Below are positions 35,723 to 46,800 of a stretch of DNA of 64,000 nucleotides, in pieces. A model generated the notes under the pieces. The model ran no database searches. It saw only the letters and a program-made list of their open reading frames with translations, and was not told the DNA's origin. The stretch lies in IMG/VR virus record IMGVR_UViG_3300044838_000031, positions 197 through 64,196 of that record. One strand, given 5' to 3'. The DNA comes from a virus. Lineage: Duplodnaviria; Caudoviricetes. Every line of letters starts with the position of its first letter. Within the stretch, counting starts at the first letter, position 1. The position numbers and the translations under genes are program-made.

Positions 35723-37602
35723 ATCAGGCTCCGATTCTGTACTGCCGCACCGAAATAGGTGTCCGTTCCGGCTGTGGAGCCGAGCAGCGACAGCGACAAC
35801 ACGGTGCCGTTTCCGTCGATGTAGTAGCAGGGGGTGATGGTGTCGCCTGCGCTGCAGTAAACGCTGTGGAATACCGAATTAAACCGCGACGCAACGTATT
35901 GCGCACCGACTCCGTTGATTCCGATACCGGAGCCGACACCGATTTCGAGGAGGGCACCGTTTATTTTCAGCGCACCCGACACCGCGACCATCGAGGTGTT
36001 TACAACCAGGGTCATCAGGGATGAGATTTTGAACGTGTACCAGCCTGCATGGTTGATGGTCAGCGTGTTGGTGGACGATACGTAGGTGTAGTCCGCGGTT
36101 GAGAGGCTGGGTTGGGCCGTGTCGAAGAATGAGGCCGGGAATGCGAAGGCGGTGAAGAGGCTTGTTGAGGCGGCGACCGCTGTTGCGCTGGAACGGTATT
36201 GGCGGAACCCAGATCCGATTATGATTGATGGCAGTGGTAGTAGGTTGACCGCCACAGTAGCCCACTGGTTTGTTGTGGTGAACAACGCGGTGTCGGCGAA
36301 GCTGACCGAGGTGCCCCCGGCGGCGTCACCAGCGAGGAACGCCGCCTGTAGAGCACCACCAGAGCTGGTGAGAGCACCTGAATTATATTGTGTTGTATAG
36401 CCTGCCGGTGATGTCACGGTCAGTGTTTCGATGCCGCCGCTGCTTTCGACAGTGGCCGCGTGCAGAATGTACTCGCCGGTGAAGGATGGGACCGTGAGAG
36501 ACGGGCTGCTGTTGGAGCCGTTGTTGGAGTCGGTCGATCCCACCGAGCCGACACCGATAAGGGTGTCGGCGGTTGCGGCGGCGATATCCACCAATCCGAA
36601 CGGGCAGTAAAGCTGTACCTGGATGGCGTTGGCCACCCCGGTGGAAGGGTTTGGTATGCCGTAGATTTGGGCGGTGGTGGTGCCGTTGGGACTGACGATC
36701 GTATCCAAGAGTGCCAGCTGCACGCCGGCACACGTCGCGGTGACGAATGTGGCGCTGTTCGAATAGAATCCGACGCGCACCGTCAGATAGTTGGCGGTTG
36801 TGCCGGGGGTGATGTTCCACGGCACCATCGTGACCAAGGGGGATGGCGTGCCGTTGAACGGTGTGGCGTTAGCGTGCGCGTCATGGGTGATCGTGCCAGA
36901 ACCTGGGCTCGGCGGGATTGCCACACTCGTGTGGGGAATCCCGTTGATCCCCAACAGATTGTCCAGAAACGCCACCGGACTATTCACAGACGTTGGGGCG
37001 CTACCACCAGAAATCCCGTTGGACAGAAAGTTCGCGATGTCGTTCTCAACGGTCGTGATGGCGGCGACCGCCGGGGCACCGAACAGCGCGGTCGCGGCCG
37101 CGGTCAGGTCGTCGCCCAGACTGGGCCCCCCTAGCACGCTACCCAGTGCGGTCGGCAACACTTGCGTGCCGATAACCGGTGACCCGAACAGCAAGGTGAG
37201 CAGCGGGGTGAAGTCGCCGGTAGTGAGGGCTTCCGATACGTCGGTTGCCAGGTTCTGAAGCCACGTAATCGCCGCCACCACATCGGAATCGACAGCGCCG
37301 ACAATACCGTTGAACAGGTTCTGAAGGTTCAGCCACGACTGCTGCAGGCTCGCGCCGAACGCCGTGAACTGGGCTTGCAGATCCGCCCACCACGCCGCCA
37401 ACTGCTCCGACCCCGTGGTGTCAGGCAGCACAAAGCCATCCACAATCTGCAAGAAACCCTGCCACACGGATTGCAGCAACTGCGCCTGCATCGCCTCCAC
37501 CTGAGCGGTGGACAGCTGCGTGAACTGGAACGCCTTCGCCGTCGGCTGCTGCACCGGCGCGCTAGGGACTTGGGTGGCCCACGCGGGCGGCTCTACGGTC
37601 AT
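35719..37602 (-). CDS. minor tail protein
   Basis: Helical N-terminus and beta-rich C-terminus, 627 aa; position in tail operon. Confidence 0.75.
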   Translation of the reverse strand: MTVEPPAWATQVPSAPVQQPTAKAFQFTQLSTAQVEAMQAQLLQSVWQGFLQIVDGFVLPDTTGSEQLAAWWADLQAQFTAFGASLQQSWLNLQNLFNGIVGAVDSDVVAAITWLQNLATDVSEALTTGDFTPLLTLLFGSPVIGTQVLPTALGSVLGGPSLGDDLTAAATALFGAPAVAAITTVENDIANFLSNGISGGSAPTSVNSPVAFLDNLLGINGIPHTSVAIPPSPGSGTITHDAHANATPFNGTPSPLVTMVPWNITPGTTANYLTVRVGFYSNSATFVTATCAGVQLALLDTIVSPNGTTTAQIYGIPNPSTGVANAIQVQLYCPFGLVDIAAATADTLIGVGSVGSTDSNNGSNSSPSLTVPSFTGEYILHAATVESSGGIETLTVTSPAGYTTQYNSGALTSSGGALQAAFLAGDAAGGTSVSFADTALFTTTNQWATVAVNLLPLPSIIIGSGFRQYRSSATAVAASTSLFTAFAFPASFFDTAQPSLSTADYTYVSSTNTLTINHAGWYTFKISSLMTLVVNTSMVAVSGALKINGALLEIGVGSGIGINGVGAQYVASRFNSVFHSVYCSAGDTITPCYYIDGNGTVLSLSLLGSTAGTDTYFGAAVQNRSLM

Positions 37603-38495
37603 AGGTCGTAGGGGGTGGGCGCTACGCGCACCTTGAAGCGGGAGGCAGAGCCGACGGATGTGAAAGTGTCGGAGCCGGTTTGGCGTTCAAGGTTGAGGTA
37701 AACGGTGGCAATCGACCCCTTGGCGACCCGGTCCCACGAATCGGGGGAGCCGGACGGCAGCACCGACTCCAGCGACAGCGTGTAAGGGGTGGGCCCAGTC
37801 AGCCAACTACCAGCCGGCAACCCGCTGATGCGGCCCACCTCGTTACCCGTTGTGGCGTTGTTGAGCCGCGCCACCAAGTCCACCGTCACATTCAGCCCGG
37901 TGGGGGTGATAGGCACGAACCCGGCGACCTCAGGCCGCCAATCAGACGACCACGCCGGAATCGGCACACTACACAACGTGTAAAACGAATTCCCCGACGG
38001 GCACGACGCAATCGACGCAGGCACAAACCGGTCACCCACCCGCTGACTGGCATACACAAACCCAGTCGCGGACGGATTCACCACCAACATCTGCGTAGGG
38101 ATCGCACTCCCCGACCCCACAACATCCGCCGCCGACATCACCGCCGCCGACGGACCAGTCAAACCAGTAGCACCAAGATGCAACGCCAAATTCAACTGAT
38201 ACTGATTAGTACCAATCACCGACCACGACGCCGAATCAGGAGTCGAAGAACCGAACGCCAACGGCGTGAAATTAATGATCGGGGAAATAATGGGCGCCGG
38301 ACCCGGCGCACCAGTCACTAACGCAGGAAAACCACCCGAACCAATAGGCACCGCAGCATTCGGTGCAGCCACGGCTAGAAACATGTTCGAGTCTGGCGAC
38401 CAGTCCAGAGGCACGCGAAATTGGGCGGTGTTGATAACCAGCATTTTGACACCGTCTATGGTGGTGACATTCCAATTCGCGCTCGGTGTCGTCAT
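37599..38495 (-). CDS. minor tail protein
   Basis: 298 aa with short GxxGxxG stretches; position. Confidence 0.7.
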   Translation of the reverse strand: MTTPSANWNVTTIDGVKMLVINTAQFRVPLDWSPDSNMFLAVAAPNAAVPIGSGGFPALVTGAPGPAPIISPIINFTPLAFGSSTPDSASWSVIGTNQYQLNLALHLGATGLTGPSAAVMSAADVVGSGSAIPTQMLVVNPSATGFVYASQRVGDRFVPASIASCPSGNSFYTLCSVPIPAWSSDWRPEVAGFVPITPTGLNVTVDLVARLNNATTGNEVGRISGLPAGSWLTGPTPYTLSLESVLPSGSPDSWDRVAKGSIATVYLNLERQTGSDTFTSVGSASRFKVRVAPTPYDL

Positions 38496-39101
38496 TCATC
38501 GGCTCCTAGCTTCGCGGCGGAAACGCAGAACCGTACTTCGACTAACGCCAACTCCCTCAGCGATAAACCGATCAGGCAACCACGGGTCGGCCATTAGAAA
38601 CCAGTCAATAATTCCGTGCTTCTGCTCACGCGTAAGGCACCGACCGTTACGTTTGGCGATCTGCCTCGTCCGATTCTCGCCAGATCTGATGTTGTCCCGG
38701 GTACATATCCGGCAGTGCCTAGTCCCCGCTGGCGTGATATAAACATTTTCCGGTGTATATTCGTGGCCTTGCGGGCATTCTGTTTTTTTCGAATTAAAAA
38801 TAGTCCCATGACGTACCGCATCTTGTGAATTATCTTTATTGGTTCCATAGCACAGATTGCTGAGTGCAACGTGTTCTTTGATGCCATCAGCATGACGCGT
38901 TACCATCCCTGGCGGCCGCGGGCCTAGGAACGCTGCGGCAACCAACTGGTGGACCTTTTTCTTTCCCCTTTTTGGGACATACACGCGCAGGTAACCATTA
39001 GCGGCTGGCTTTGGAATAAGCTCGCCGCGCATGCCGCTGATAATGGTGCCGTCCATTCCTGCATAGAGATCGTCATATCCGGGTACTGGGCGATAGATCA
39101 T
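38496..39101 (-). CDS. HNH homing endonuclease
   Basis: YRPVPGY, VHQLVAAAFLGPRP, RHADG..NLCYGT..DN, GHEYTPEN; AT-richer. Confidence 0.9.
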   Translation of the reverse strand: MIYRPVPGYDDLYAGMDGTIISGMRGELIPKPAANGYLRVYVPKRGKKKVHQLVAAAFLGPRPPGMVTRHADGIKEHVALSNLCYGTNKDNSQDAVRHGTIFNSKKTECPQGHEYTPENVYITPAGTRHCRICTRDNIRSGENRTRQIAKRNGRCLTREQKHGIIDWFLMADPWLPDRFIAEGVGVSRSTVLRFRREARSR

Positions 39102-39119
39102 GTGTTTATCCTAGTTCCT

Positions 39120-40874
39120 TTATGAACCCTGTGGCGACAAAGTAATCGTGTTGATGGCCTCGAGAACTCCGGTCAAAAGCCGTTGTTGTTTGGCGAGGCC
39201 GCTCTCTTTTGCTTTTCCGTCCCCGATTTCGCAGAAAACATCACGGGTGTGCGCGTCCAGCTTCCACGAGACTGTGTACACGTAGTCGGTGTACATGCGG
39301 GTGCGTGACATGTAGGCGACTGAGGCCAACGCGCCTTTGAATATGTCTTTCCCGAGGGTGTAAACCTCGCCATTACGGAATTTGATTTGCGCCAGGGTGA
39401 AGCCTCGGCTGTCGAAAAAGGCGTTAATAAAATCGAATACGGTTTCTACATTGTACGGCGCTGACGAGGTGGCGTGGAATACTTCGACGGCGGGGTGGTA
39501 GGGGCCGACGGCGACGCGGCGCGGGAAATGCATGATCAGTTGAAAGGCGAGGAATGCGTTATTCAGGAAACCTGAGAGCAAATCGGAGGGGATGCCTGTG
39601 ACGCCGATCAGGATCGAGATTGAGTCGATGATCCATTCGTAAGTCACATTCATCAAATCATTCAGCCACTGCGGAGAACGACCGCCAATAATGTGCTGCC
39701 AGCCCTTAGGCGTGTGATCAGAAATTTTGCACGAATAGACGGAGCCCTTAGAGCCGTCAGGGTAGGGGGCAATAAACAGCACCCACGGCGGCACAAAATT
39801 CACGCCCAACGCCGGGTCGGTGAAAATACCCAAATCGGCTAGCGCCCCGGCGGATGTCATAGCGTTCTGCAGAGTGGTGTTAGGCGCCAGTACCGGCGCC
39901 ATAGCATCCCCGGTGGGGGTGTCCTCAAACAGGGCACCCAAAATTTCGACAGTGGTCACAATGGTGGAACCCACGAAACCTGCTGCCGGCGCCGTCAACG
40001 ACTCCCGGTCCTTCGCGGTGAACACATAGGTGGGGAGCTGCAGGTTCGCGTACTGGTCGGGCTGATCGTCCCCGGGGAGCCACAGTGAGAGTTCGCAGTC
40101 GACGCCGTAGGCGCGGGTGACATCTTTGATGACGGCGCCGACCGATTCCATGCGGACGGTGCGGGCAATGATTTCGGAGGTGTCCAGGCTGGGATCAATG
40201 CGGGACACGTAGACGGGTGTTTGTAGTGCGACAGCGATGTTGGGGTTGTTGAGGAGCAGCGCAGCGAACCACGCCTGAAAATCCGGGTTCAAGCTGAGCG
40301 CGTTGTTGACGAAATCCCAAATCCCAGACTGCAACCGCAACGCTGGGATGGCCACCATATTCTGCAGGCACGTCACCAGGCTGCCAATAAAGATGGCGTA
40401 GCTAATTGGCTGGGCTTGGATAGGCAGAAAATTGTCCGGCCAAATCTGCATATAGTTCAGGATGTCCCAGATGCCCAGAAGGTTGGCGGTGCTGGTCGAC
40501 TCCCCTTTCTCGTTGGTTTCATAGTCGTGGGTGTCAACGTAGAAAGCCCAGCGTTGGCCTTCGGTCTCGATGGTGATGCCCACCATGGTTTGGCGGCAAT
40601 TCATCAGGGCGGCGACGTATTCGCTGTCACCCTTAATCTTCAGCGTCGCCGTAGGCAGATCATTGCGGGGATCTCGGCCCGAGTTTTCGATGACGTCGCC
40701 AGTCAGTTCACCGATCGGGTTCCAGTAAGGATCAAACACCGTGATGACGAATTCAGGGTCGACCGCAGACGCAGCGACAGCCAGCAACTCCGCAGCCGCC
40801 GACGCTGTGGCGGGGTCGCCCGTGGTGAGCTTGAGATTGAGTTCGGTGAGTTCCGCAACAGTGAGTATCGTCAT
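39120..40874 (-). CDS. minor tail protein (baseplate hub-like)
   Basis: 584 aa; GGRSPQWLND and FLAFQ motifs of the second post-tape-measure protein in mycobacteriophages. Confidence 0.8.
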   Translation of the reverse strand: MTILTVAELTELNLKLTTGDPATASAAAELLAVAASAVDPEFVITVFDPYWNPIGELTGDVIENSGRDPRNDLPTATLKIKGDSEYVAALMNCRQTMVGITIETEGQRWAFYVDTHDYETNEKGESTSTANLLGIWDILNYMQIWPDNFLPIQAQPISYAIFIGSLVTCLQNMVAIPALRLQSGIWDFVNNALSLNPDFQAWFAALLLNNPNIAVALQTPVYVSRIDPSLDTSEIIARTVRMESVGAVIKDVTRAYGVDCELSLWLPGDDQPDQYANLQLPTYVFTAKDRESLTAPAAGFVGSTIVTTVEILGALFEDTPTGDAMAPVLAPNTTLQNAMTSAGALADLGIFTDPALGVNFVPPWVLFIAPYPDGSKGSVYSCKISDHTPKGWQHIIGGRSPQWLNDLMNVTYEWIIDSISILIGVTGIPSDLLSGFLNNAFLAFQLIMHFPRRVAVGPYHPAVEVFHATSSAPYNVETVFDFINAFFDSRGFTLAQIKFRNGEVYTLGKDIFKGALASVAYMSRTRMYTDYVYTVSWKLDAHTRDVFCEIGDGKAKESGLAKQQRLLTGVLEAINTITLSPQGS

Positions 40875-40888
40875 CTAGTTAGCACATC

Positions 40889-42670
40889 TCAGTAAGGAAA
40901 ACGACGTAACGGCGTACCGGCACTGACTATGCGGGAGTTGGCGTTGCCGCCGGTAATGGAGACTGGGATTTCGTAGGCTTGCAGCGGCCCCGCGACAGGC
41001 CTGGGTACGATGCCGGAGTTGTCGGAAAACCGGCCATTCAACAGCGAATAGATGTTGCCTTGCGGGGCTACGATACCGAACTCTGATTCAATCGCCGCCA
41101 CCAGCGGAATGGTGTTGTTCCCGATCGCGAAGCTCAGGAAGTCTTCGAGCGCGGTCTGCCACAGAGTGAGTGCTTGCGGGCTGGCGGGCTGGGAGGTGAT
41201 GTCGGTGACACCACGCTTACGCGGATCAGTACGCAACTGCACAATCTGATTGGGCAGCAATGGCCCCATCGTCACCGTATTACCTGCGTTATTCGGGCCG
41301 TCACCGATGATGAAGGTGCCGGGCCCATACAAGGTGTACCGCGGCCAGAGAGGTTGATCCCCGGCATTAACCATGGTGATCTGCCCGGACTGCGCTTCGG
41401 CGTTGTTGTCGCCGGCCGTCCACTGCAACACCGCCGCCGGAGTGGTATCCAGGGAGACGTGCATACCGAACCCGGCATGCCGATACGTGGAACCCATCAG
41501 CGAGCCGGCGCCGATCTCCGTTATCGGCGCCACCGCATTAGATTGGCCGGTAGCGTTACCCCGCTGAATCGTATACGTACGGCCCGAACAGATAACCGTC
41601 CAAATTTCGCCGGGCAGCGGCGGAATCAGCAGAAACTGCTGACTTAGCACCGTTTCCACGCTGTCGTTGAACGAGCTTAGACGCAGGAAACCCTGACCCA
41701 CCCGCAGCCGCATCCCATCCACCCCGGGCGCAACACTGCCCGGCGCCGGGCAGCGAAACCACAGATCGTTGAACGACGACCCATACACGAACCAGGTGGG
41801 AATGCTGCCCAAGGTGATGGACACCACCTGGTCATCAGAGGTGCTGACAAAGGTGTTGTTGATGGCGACCGCGTCAACACCACCAGAACCGATAGCATGC
41901 GCGGGGTCGTTAACCCATACCGCCATGCCGCCGTTACCCGGCGTGTAAATGGGAATACCGAGAACACTGAGGTCGCCGACGGCGGTCTCATTCAACCAGC
42001 CGCCGACACCGGAGTAGGTGATTGTCCACCCGGTTATGCCCGCAGCCTGCGTAGTAGTGGTAGAAGCGAAATTATCCGAACCACCCGCATAGGTGAAACC
42101 GAACGAATCCACACAATCGTAGGACTGCCAAAAAGCTGAGTATGCGATCGCACTCCAGATTAGTGACTGCGGCAAATTGTTGCCGCCAGTCAATTTATCC
42201 ACCGGAGCCTTATTCAACTGCACCGGCGCCCACCAATAACCCAGATCGTGGCTGAACCAACTTAGCGTGCCCGGCTTCTTGGCGTCCCAGGCTGCAATCC
42301 AATCCCGCAAAACCTGCCGAGTATGAGCCCCATCCCGGCCACGAATACGGACAGTCAGATCCGCCTCAATAGGGTTATATAGGCTATCTATATATGTGGC
42401 GCCATCCTGGGTAGCGCCGCGCTGCGTAATGGACTGCCATGGCGGAATTAAGCCCTTGAGGTCAGTTATTTGAACTGATTCGGGAGTTGTCGGGTCATAA
42501 ATGGCTTCACCGCCATACAAAGCGAACACGCAGCTATCATCATAGGACCTATACTTCATTGTTGGTATATGATTAGCCAATAAATGGTACGCGCCTGCAG
42601 GCGTTATTCCGGTTGGGTTATTGGGGTAGCGTTTTTTGACTGGGAAGAACGTTCCGGTCGGCGCCGTCAT
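40889..42670 (-). CDS. minor tail protein (distal tail-like)
   Basis: First structural gene after tape measure; LKGLIPPW..QDGAT, NAGDQPLWPRY. Confidence 0.8.
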   Translation of the reverse strand: MTAPTGTFFPVKKRYPNNPTGITPAGAYHLLANHIPTMKYRSYDDSCVFALYGGEAIYDPTTPESVQITDLKGLIPPWQSITQRGATQDGATYIDSLYNPIEADLTVRIRGRDGAHTRQVLRDWIAAWDAKKPGTLSWFSHDLGYWWAPVQLNKAPVDKLTGGNNLPQSLIWSAIAYSAFWQSYDCVDSFGFTYAGGSDNFASTTTTQAAGITGWTITYSGVGGWLNETAVGDLSVLGIPIYTPGNGGMAVWVNDPAHAIGSGGVDAVAINNTFVSTSDDQVVSITLGSIPTWFVYGSSFNDLWFRCPAPGSVAPGVDGMRLRVGQGFLRLSSFNDSVETVLSQQFLLIPPLPGEIWTVICSGRTYTIQRGNATGQSNAVAPITEIGAGSLMGSTYRHAGFGMHVSLDTTPAAVLQWTAGDNNAEAQSGQITMVNAGDQPLWPRYTLYGPGTFIIGDGPNNAGNTVTMGPLLPNQIVQLRTDPRKRGVTDITSQPASPQALTLWQTALEDFLSFAIGNNTIPLVAAIESEFGIVAPQGNIYSLLNGRFSDNSGIVPRPVAGPLQAYEIPVSITGGNANSRIVSAGTPLRRFPY

Positions 42671-42699
42671 CGAAGTCCCTGCAATGAAGGATGGGAACC

Positions 42700-43368
42700 A
42701 TGGCCTACGGCGGTTCGCCTGAGCAATACGCCGCCAACCTTGAGCGTCGGCGTGAAAAGTACGCCGCCAACCGCGAGCGATTCAATGAACTTGAGCGGAA
42801 GCGCCGCGCTAATCCTTACGTCCGTGAACGACGCAAGAAGCAAGGCCGAGAGTGGCGCGAGGACAACCGTGAATACCTTGAGCAGCGTAGGCGCGAATAT
42901 GAGGCCGACCCCGCCAACCGGGAACGGCGCAAAGAGCTCGACCGCCAGCGCCGCGCCGATCCTGAGTATCGCGCACGCCGCGCCCAGCAGAACCGTGATA
43001 ATCGCGCGGCCAACCGTGAACAGCGTAAACAGTACAACCGTGAATGGACTGCTGCCAACCGGGAGCGCTACCGCGAGTTGATTAACCAGGGCGGCCGTAA
43101 ACGGCGTGCCCTTATCGCCGATGCGCAAATCATCCCGTTTACGATCGAGCAGTGGGCGGCTAAGGTCGCCTATTGGGGTGGCCGCTGCTGGGTGTGTGGT
43201 GGAGAATGGTCGGACGCCGATCATGTGAAGCCGATCGCCGCAGGCGGCTCGCACGTATTGTGCAACTTCCGCCCCATATGCCGGTCGTGTAATAGCTCTA
43301 AGAAGGACAGGTGGCCGTTGGCGGATGTGCTGGGTGTTCATCAGCGACCTCCTTCCGTAGCTGCTTGA
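42700..43368 (+). CDS. HNH endonuclease, antisense to the tail operon
   Basis: Charged helical repeats, then CWVCG..DHVKPIAAGG.H..CNFRPICRSCNSSK. Confidence 0.9.
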   Translation: MAYGGSPEQYAANLERRREKYAANRERFNELERKRRANPYVRERRKKQGREWREDNREYLEQRRREYEADPANRERRKELDRQRRADPEYRARRAQQNRDNRAANREQRKQYNREWTAANRERYRELINQGGRKRRALIADAQIIPFTIEQWAAKVAYWGGRCWVCGGEWSDADHVKPIAAGGSHVLCNFRPICRSCNSSKKDRWPLADVLGVHQRPPSVAA

Positions 43369-43409
43369 AACTGCTGCTCATCGGCGTGATTCGGGCGTAC
43401 AGTCCAGCT

Positions 43410-43871
43410 ATGAGCATCGACACCACCGTTCTGGACACCTCTAAGGCTGCGACGCTGGACCTGGCGTGGTCGCTGGAGGTGACCGACACAGCCTCGCTAG
43501 GTGAGCCCGAGCCGCTGGTTGTTGACGACGAGCAGGCCCCGCCCGGGCGCTACAGCTGGTGGTTGGTTTGGCGAAACGCGGTATTGCTCGTCGTCGCAGC
43601 CGCGCTGGCCGCGCTGGCCGTTATTCTCGTGTCGATGCGTGAGGGCCACGCGGCCGCGCCAGCCGCATCGCCGCCCAGCTACGCGGCCCATGATCCTTCT
43701 CTCGACCCCCCCGTAGTGTGCGACTTCATCGCCTCCGGCTACACCCCACAACAGATCGCCGAGGGCGAGATGCGGAACGGCTTAACGACGGAGGACGCGC
43801 GTGCACATGTCGCGGCCGCCATCGCCGCCGACTGCCCGGCGAGTGCCGGGTCAGCGACGGCCGGGGGTTGA
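43410..43871 (+). CDS. membrane-anchored DUF732-like protein (moron)
   Basis: Single TM then VCDFIASG...AAIAADCP; TACAGT -10 element 6 nt before ATG. Confidence 0.7.
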   Translation: MSIDTTVLDTSKAATLDLAWSLEVTDTASLGEPEPLVVDDEQAPPGRYSWWLVWRNAVLLVVAAALAALAVILVSMREGHAAAPAASPPSYAAHDPSLDPPVVCDFIASGYTPQQIAEGEMRNGLTTEDARAHVAAAIAADCPASAGSATAGG

Positions 43872-46800
43872 TTGGGCAGCGTACGAGCTCTCCACATGCC
43901 GGCCGATGTCTTGCCCGGCACTATTACTGTCGCCCTCGTCGTGAAAATGCTCAATGTGGACCAGCGGCCCGCTGCTGCCACTGCCGACTGAGCCGCCTTG
44001 GTCGAACCCGCGGGGTGTTGGACCAGCGGGGCCGACCACAGAGTTGGGGGATGGTCCTTGGAACGGGGCCATGTTCGGCCCGACTGCGGCGTCCCCTAAT
44101 ACAGAGCTGGGACCTGGCCGCGGCCCGGCAGGCACCCCGCTGGGGTTAGTCACCGGCCCGGGTGCCGCTGGTGGCGCTGACGCTCCGGGTGCGATGCCGC
44201 GTGCCGGCCCGAACGGTGACACTTCCTGCGGCGGCGTCATCATCGGCGGCGTCATTCCTGGAACGCCTGCGGGTGAGCTGTTTTGGGATTTGCCGGCCAT
44301 GTTGGGGATTTGTGGTTGGGCGCCCATGAGGCCGCCGCCGATACGGGTCAACCACGAATTTTGGGCTAGTTTGCTGGCGCCGGTGGGTAGGAATGTTTCC
44401 GTGAATGCTTCGGCGCCGACGCCGGCTAGTTGGCCGGCGTATTTGATGGCGCGTTGCGCTTCTTGCGCGGCGATGCTGGCGCCGAAGGACATCACGCCGG
44501 CGACGGGGTCGGATAGGGCGGCGGCGCCGCCGCCGAATCCCGAGTAGATGGCGCCGGCGCCGCCGCTGCCGCCGGGTATCCCTGATCCCTCGCCTTTGTC
44601 TGGTGAGCCGCCCCCGATGTGGGTCGCCTCCCCTTGACCCGGTGGAACGGTGTCGCCGCCCGCCATGTGCAGCGATGACTTGAAGGACGCGACACCGGCG
44701 GGGCCGCCCATAGCGGTCACCTGGGGGACGCTGAACACTTCCTCACCGGGCGTTAGCCATGCCGGAACTGTGTCGGTTCCGCTGGGACCTCCGCCACCCG
44801 CATAGCCCTTCGGCGGCATGTTCGGGTTGGCTTGCTGAACGCCGCCGATGCCGCCGTAGCGGCCTTGAATGTATCGGATACCTGCGGCGATGTTGGCCAC
44901 CGGATCAGTGATCGACCCGGATGTCCCCGGTACGTGATTGCCCGCGAACGTGCCGGGAATGGTTTGCATCAACCCCTGTGATGGGTGTCCTGCTAGAGCG
45001 TTGCTGTCCGACAGATTGATGGCGTTGGGGTTGCCGCCGGATTCGCGGCCGATCAGGGTTTTCAGGCCTGAGGTCCAGGATGCGTCAACGCCGGCTGCGG
45101 TTTCTGCGGCGGTGATCCACGCATCTAAATTAGCCCCAGCGGGCGCCCCCGGAGCGCCGCCGCCCGCTAGCGCAGGTGCAGCGGCACCCGGTCCGCTGCC
45201 TGTGGCCGCGCCGGACCCACCCTGTGCGCCGAGACTGCCGGGGCCTCCGCCGAACGGGCCGCTCATAAAGCCGCCCAGGCCGCCGCCGCCGGGACCGCTG
45301 CTGATGCCGGCAGCGGAGGCGGCCATACCGATCAGGCCACTACCGCCAGTGGCCTTGGCGCCGGCAGCCATCTGATTCAGCGCAGCCAACGGGCCGGCCA
45401 TCATCAGATTCCCCAGGAAACGGGTCAGGTTGTCCGCGATCCCAGCTAAGCCTTTGCTGACACCGAAGTCTTTATCAATTTTGGCGCCGAGGTCGGACAT
45501 GTCGCTGGCGTGCTTTTTGGTCTGCTCAAGTTCGGCTTTGTTGTATTCGCTGATCGCTTTGAGCTGGTCGTTTTTGGCTTTTTGGATGGCGTCGGCGTCG
45601 TCGGCGTTGGTTTTCTCGAGCTGGTTGAGTCGCGCCGTGGTTTCGTCGATACCGTGCCGCTTCTCGAGGATGTCCTGTTCACGGCTGTACTGCTCGGCGC
45701 TCTCCCCCGGGCCGGGGGGTGCGCCGTAGCCGGCTCCGTACGGCACCTGAGGGGCTTCGGGTAGCCGCGGTCCTTTTTTGGGTTTGCCGCTGGCGTCGAA
45801 GTCGCCGGGGGTGAGTAGATCGCCCGGTGGGCCACCCGTGTCAGGGGTGCCCGGGGCGACAGGTGCTCCCGGCAGCCCCGGGCCTGCACGCCCACCCACG
45901 TCGGGGCCTTGACCGGGCCCGAATCGGCCCGTCCCCTGCCCGGCCGGTGGTTGGCCCGGCGCGCCGGCTGCTGCGCCGGGGGCCTGCATGTAGGGGCCCA
46001 TGCCGGCGGGCATCGGACCCTCCCCCTGCAGCCATTGTTGGTAGCCGGGCGGCATCTGGCCGCCGTGCGCCTGTTGGTAGCGTTGCCCGGCCTTCTGTTT
46101 GTCGGAAGCGTTGCCGGCGGTGGCGCCGCGGGCGTCGCCGGCTGTCGCCAACACCTCTGCGGCGGTGGTGCCGACCAAAAGTAGGTCCGCGACTATGGTG
46201 CCGAGGGTTGCTGCGAGCCCAAGCATGGCGGTCTCGCCGACTTCGGCGGCCGCGGCCACCGCAGCCCCAGCCGAGGCGGATGCGGTTTCGACGGTAGCGC
46301 CGGTCGCGACTGCGGTGGTTGCCTCAAGGCCCAGCCACGTCACAATCGATTCGATGCCGGTCAATACGAACCCGAACGCCTTAAGGCCAACCCACGCCTC
46401 GAACGCTAGCGTGATGGCGTCGATGAGGACTGGATGGCGCCCAAGGAACGCCCCGATGTTAGCGAGACCTCCGACGACATCTCCTATGGCGGTGAGAGAT
46501 GTTTCGAAAAGTTGTCGCAGGTCATTAGCGTGGGCGTCGATGAACTTGATGAGCCCATCCATTTTGCCGGCTACCACATCAACAACACTCATGCCCGGCG
46601 GCGCCAGGGCGGCATCAATCGCGTTCTTGACGTGTTCCCACTGATTGCCAAGTGTCGCAGTATCTTTCGCCATCTGGGCTAGGTACTGGGCGTCCCCGGC
46701 GTACGACGATTCCTTGGCTTTTTGTAGCGCGTTAATGGCCGCCAGCTCGTCAGTCCATTTCCGGGGGCCACCGATCCCGAGAGACACCGCTTCGGCGGCG

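Noticed and set aside
42667-43341. 224-aa hydrophobic minus-strand ORF
   Set aside because: Mirror of the charged repeats of the plus-strand HNH, which has clear motifs.
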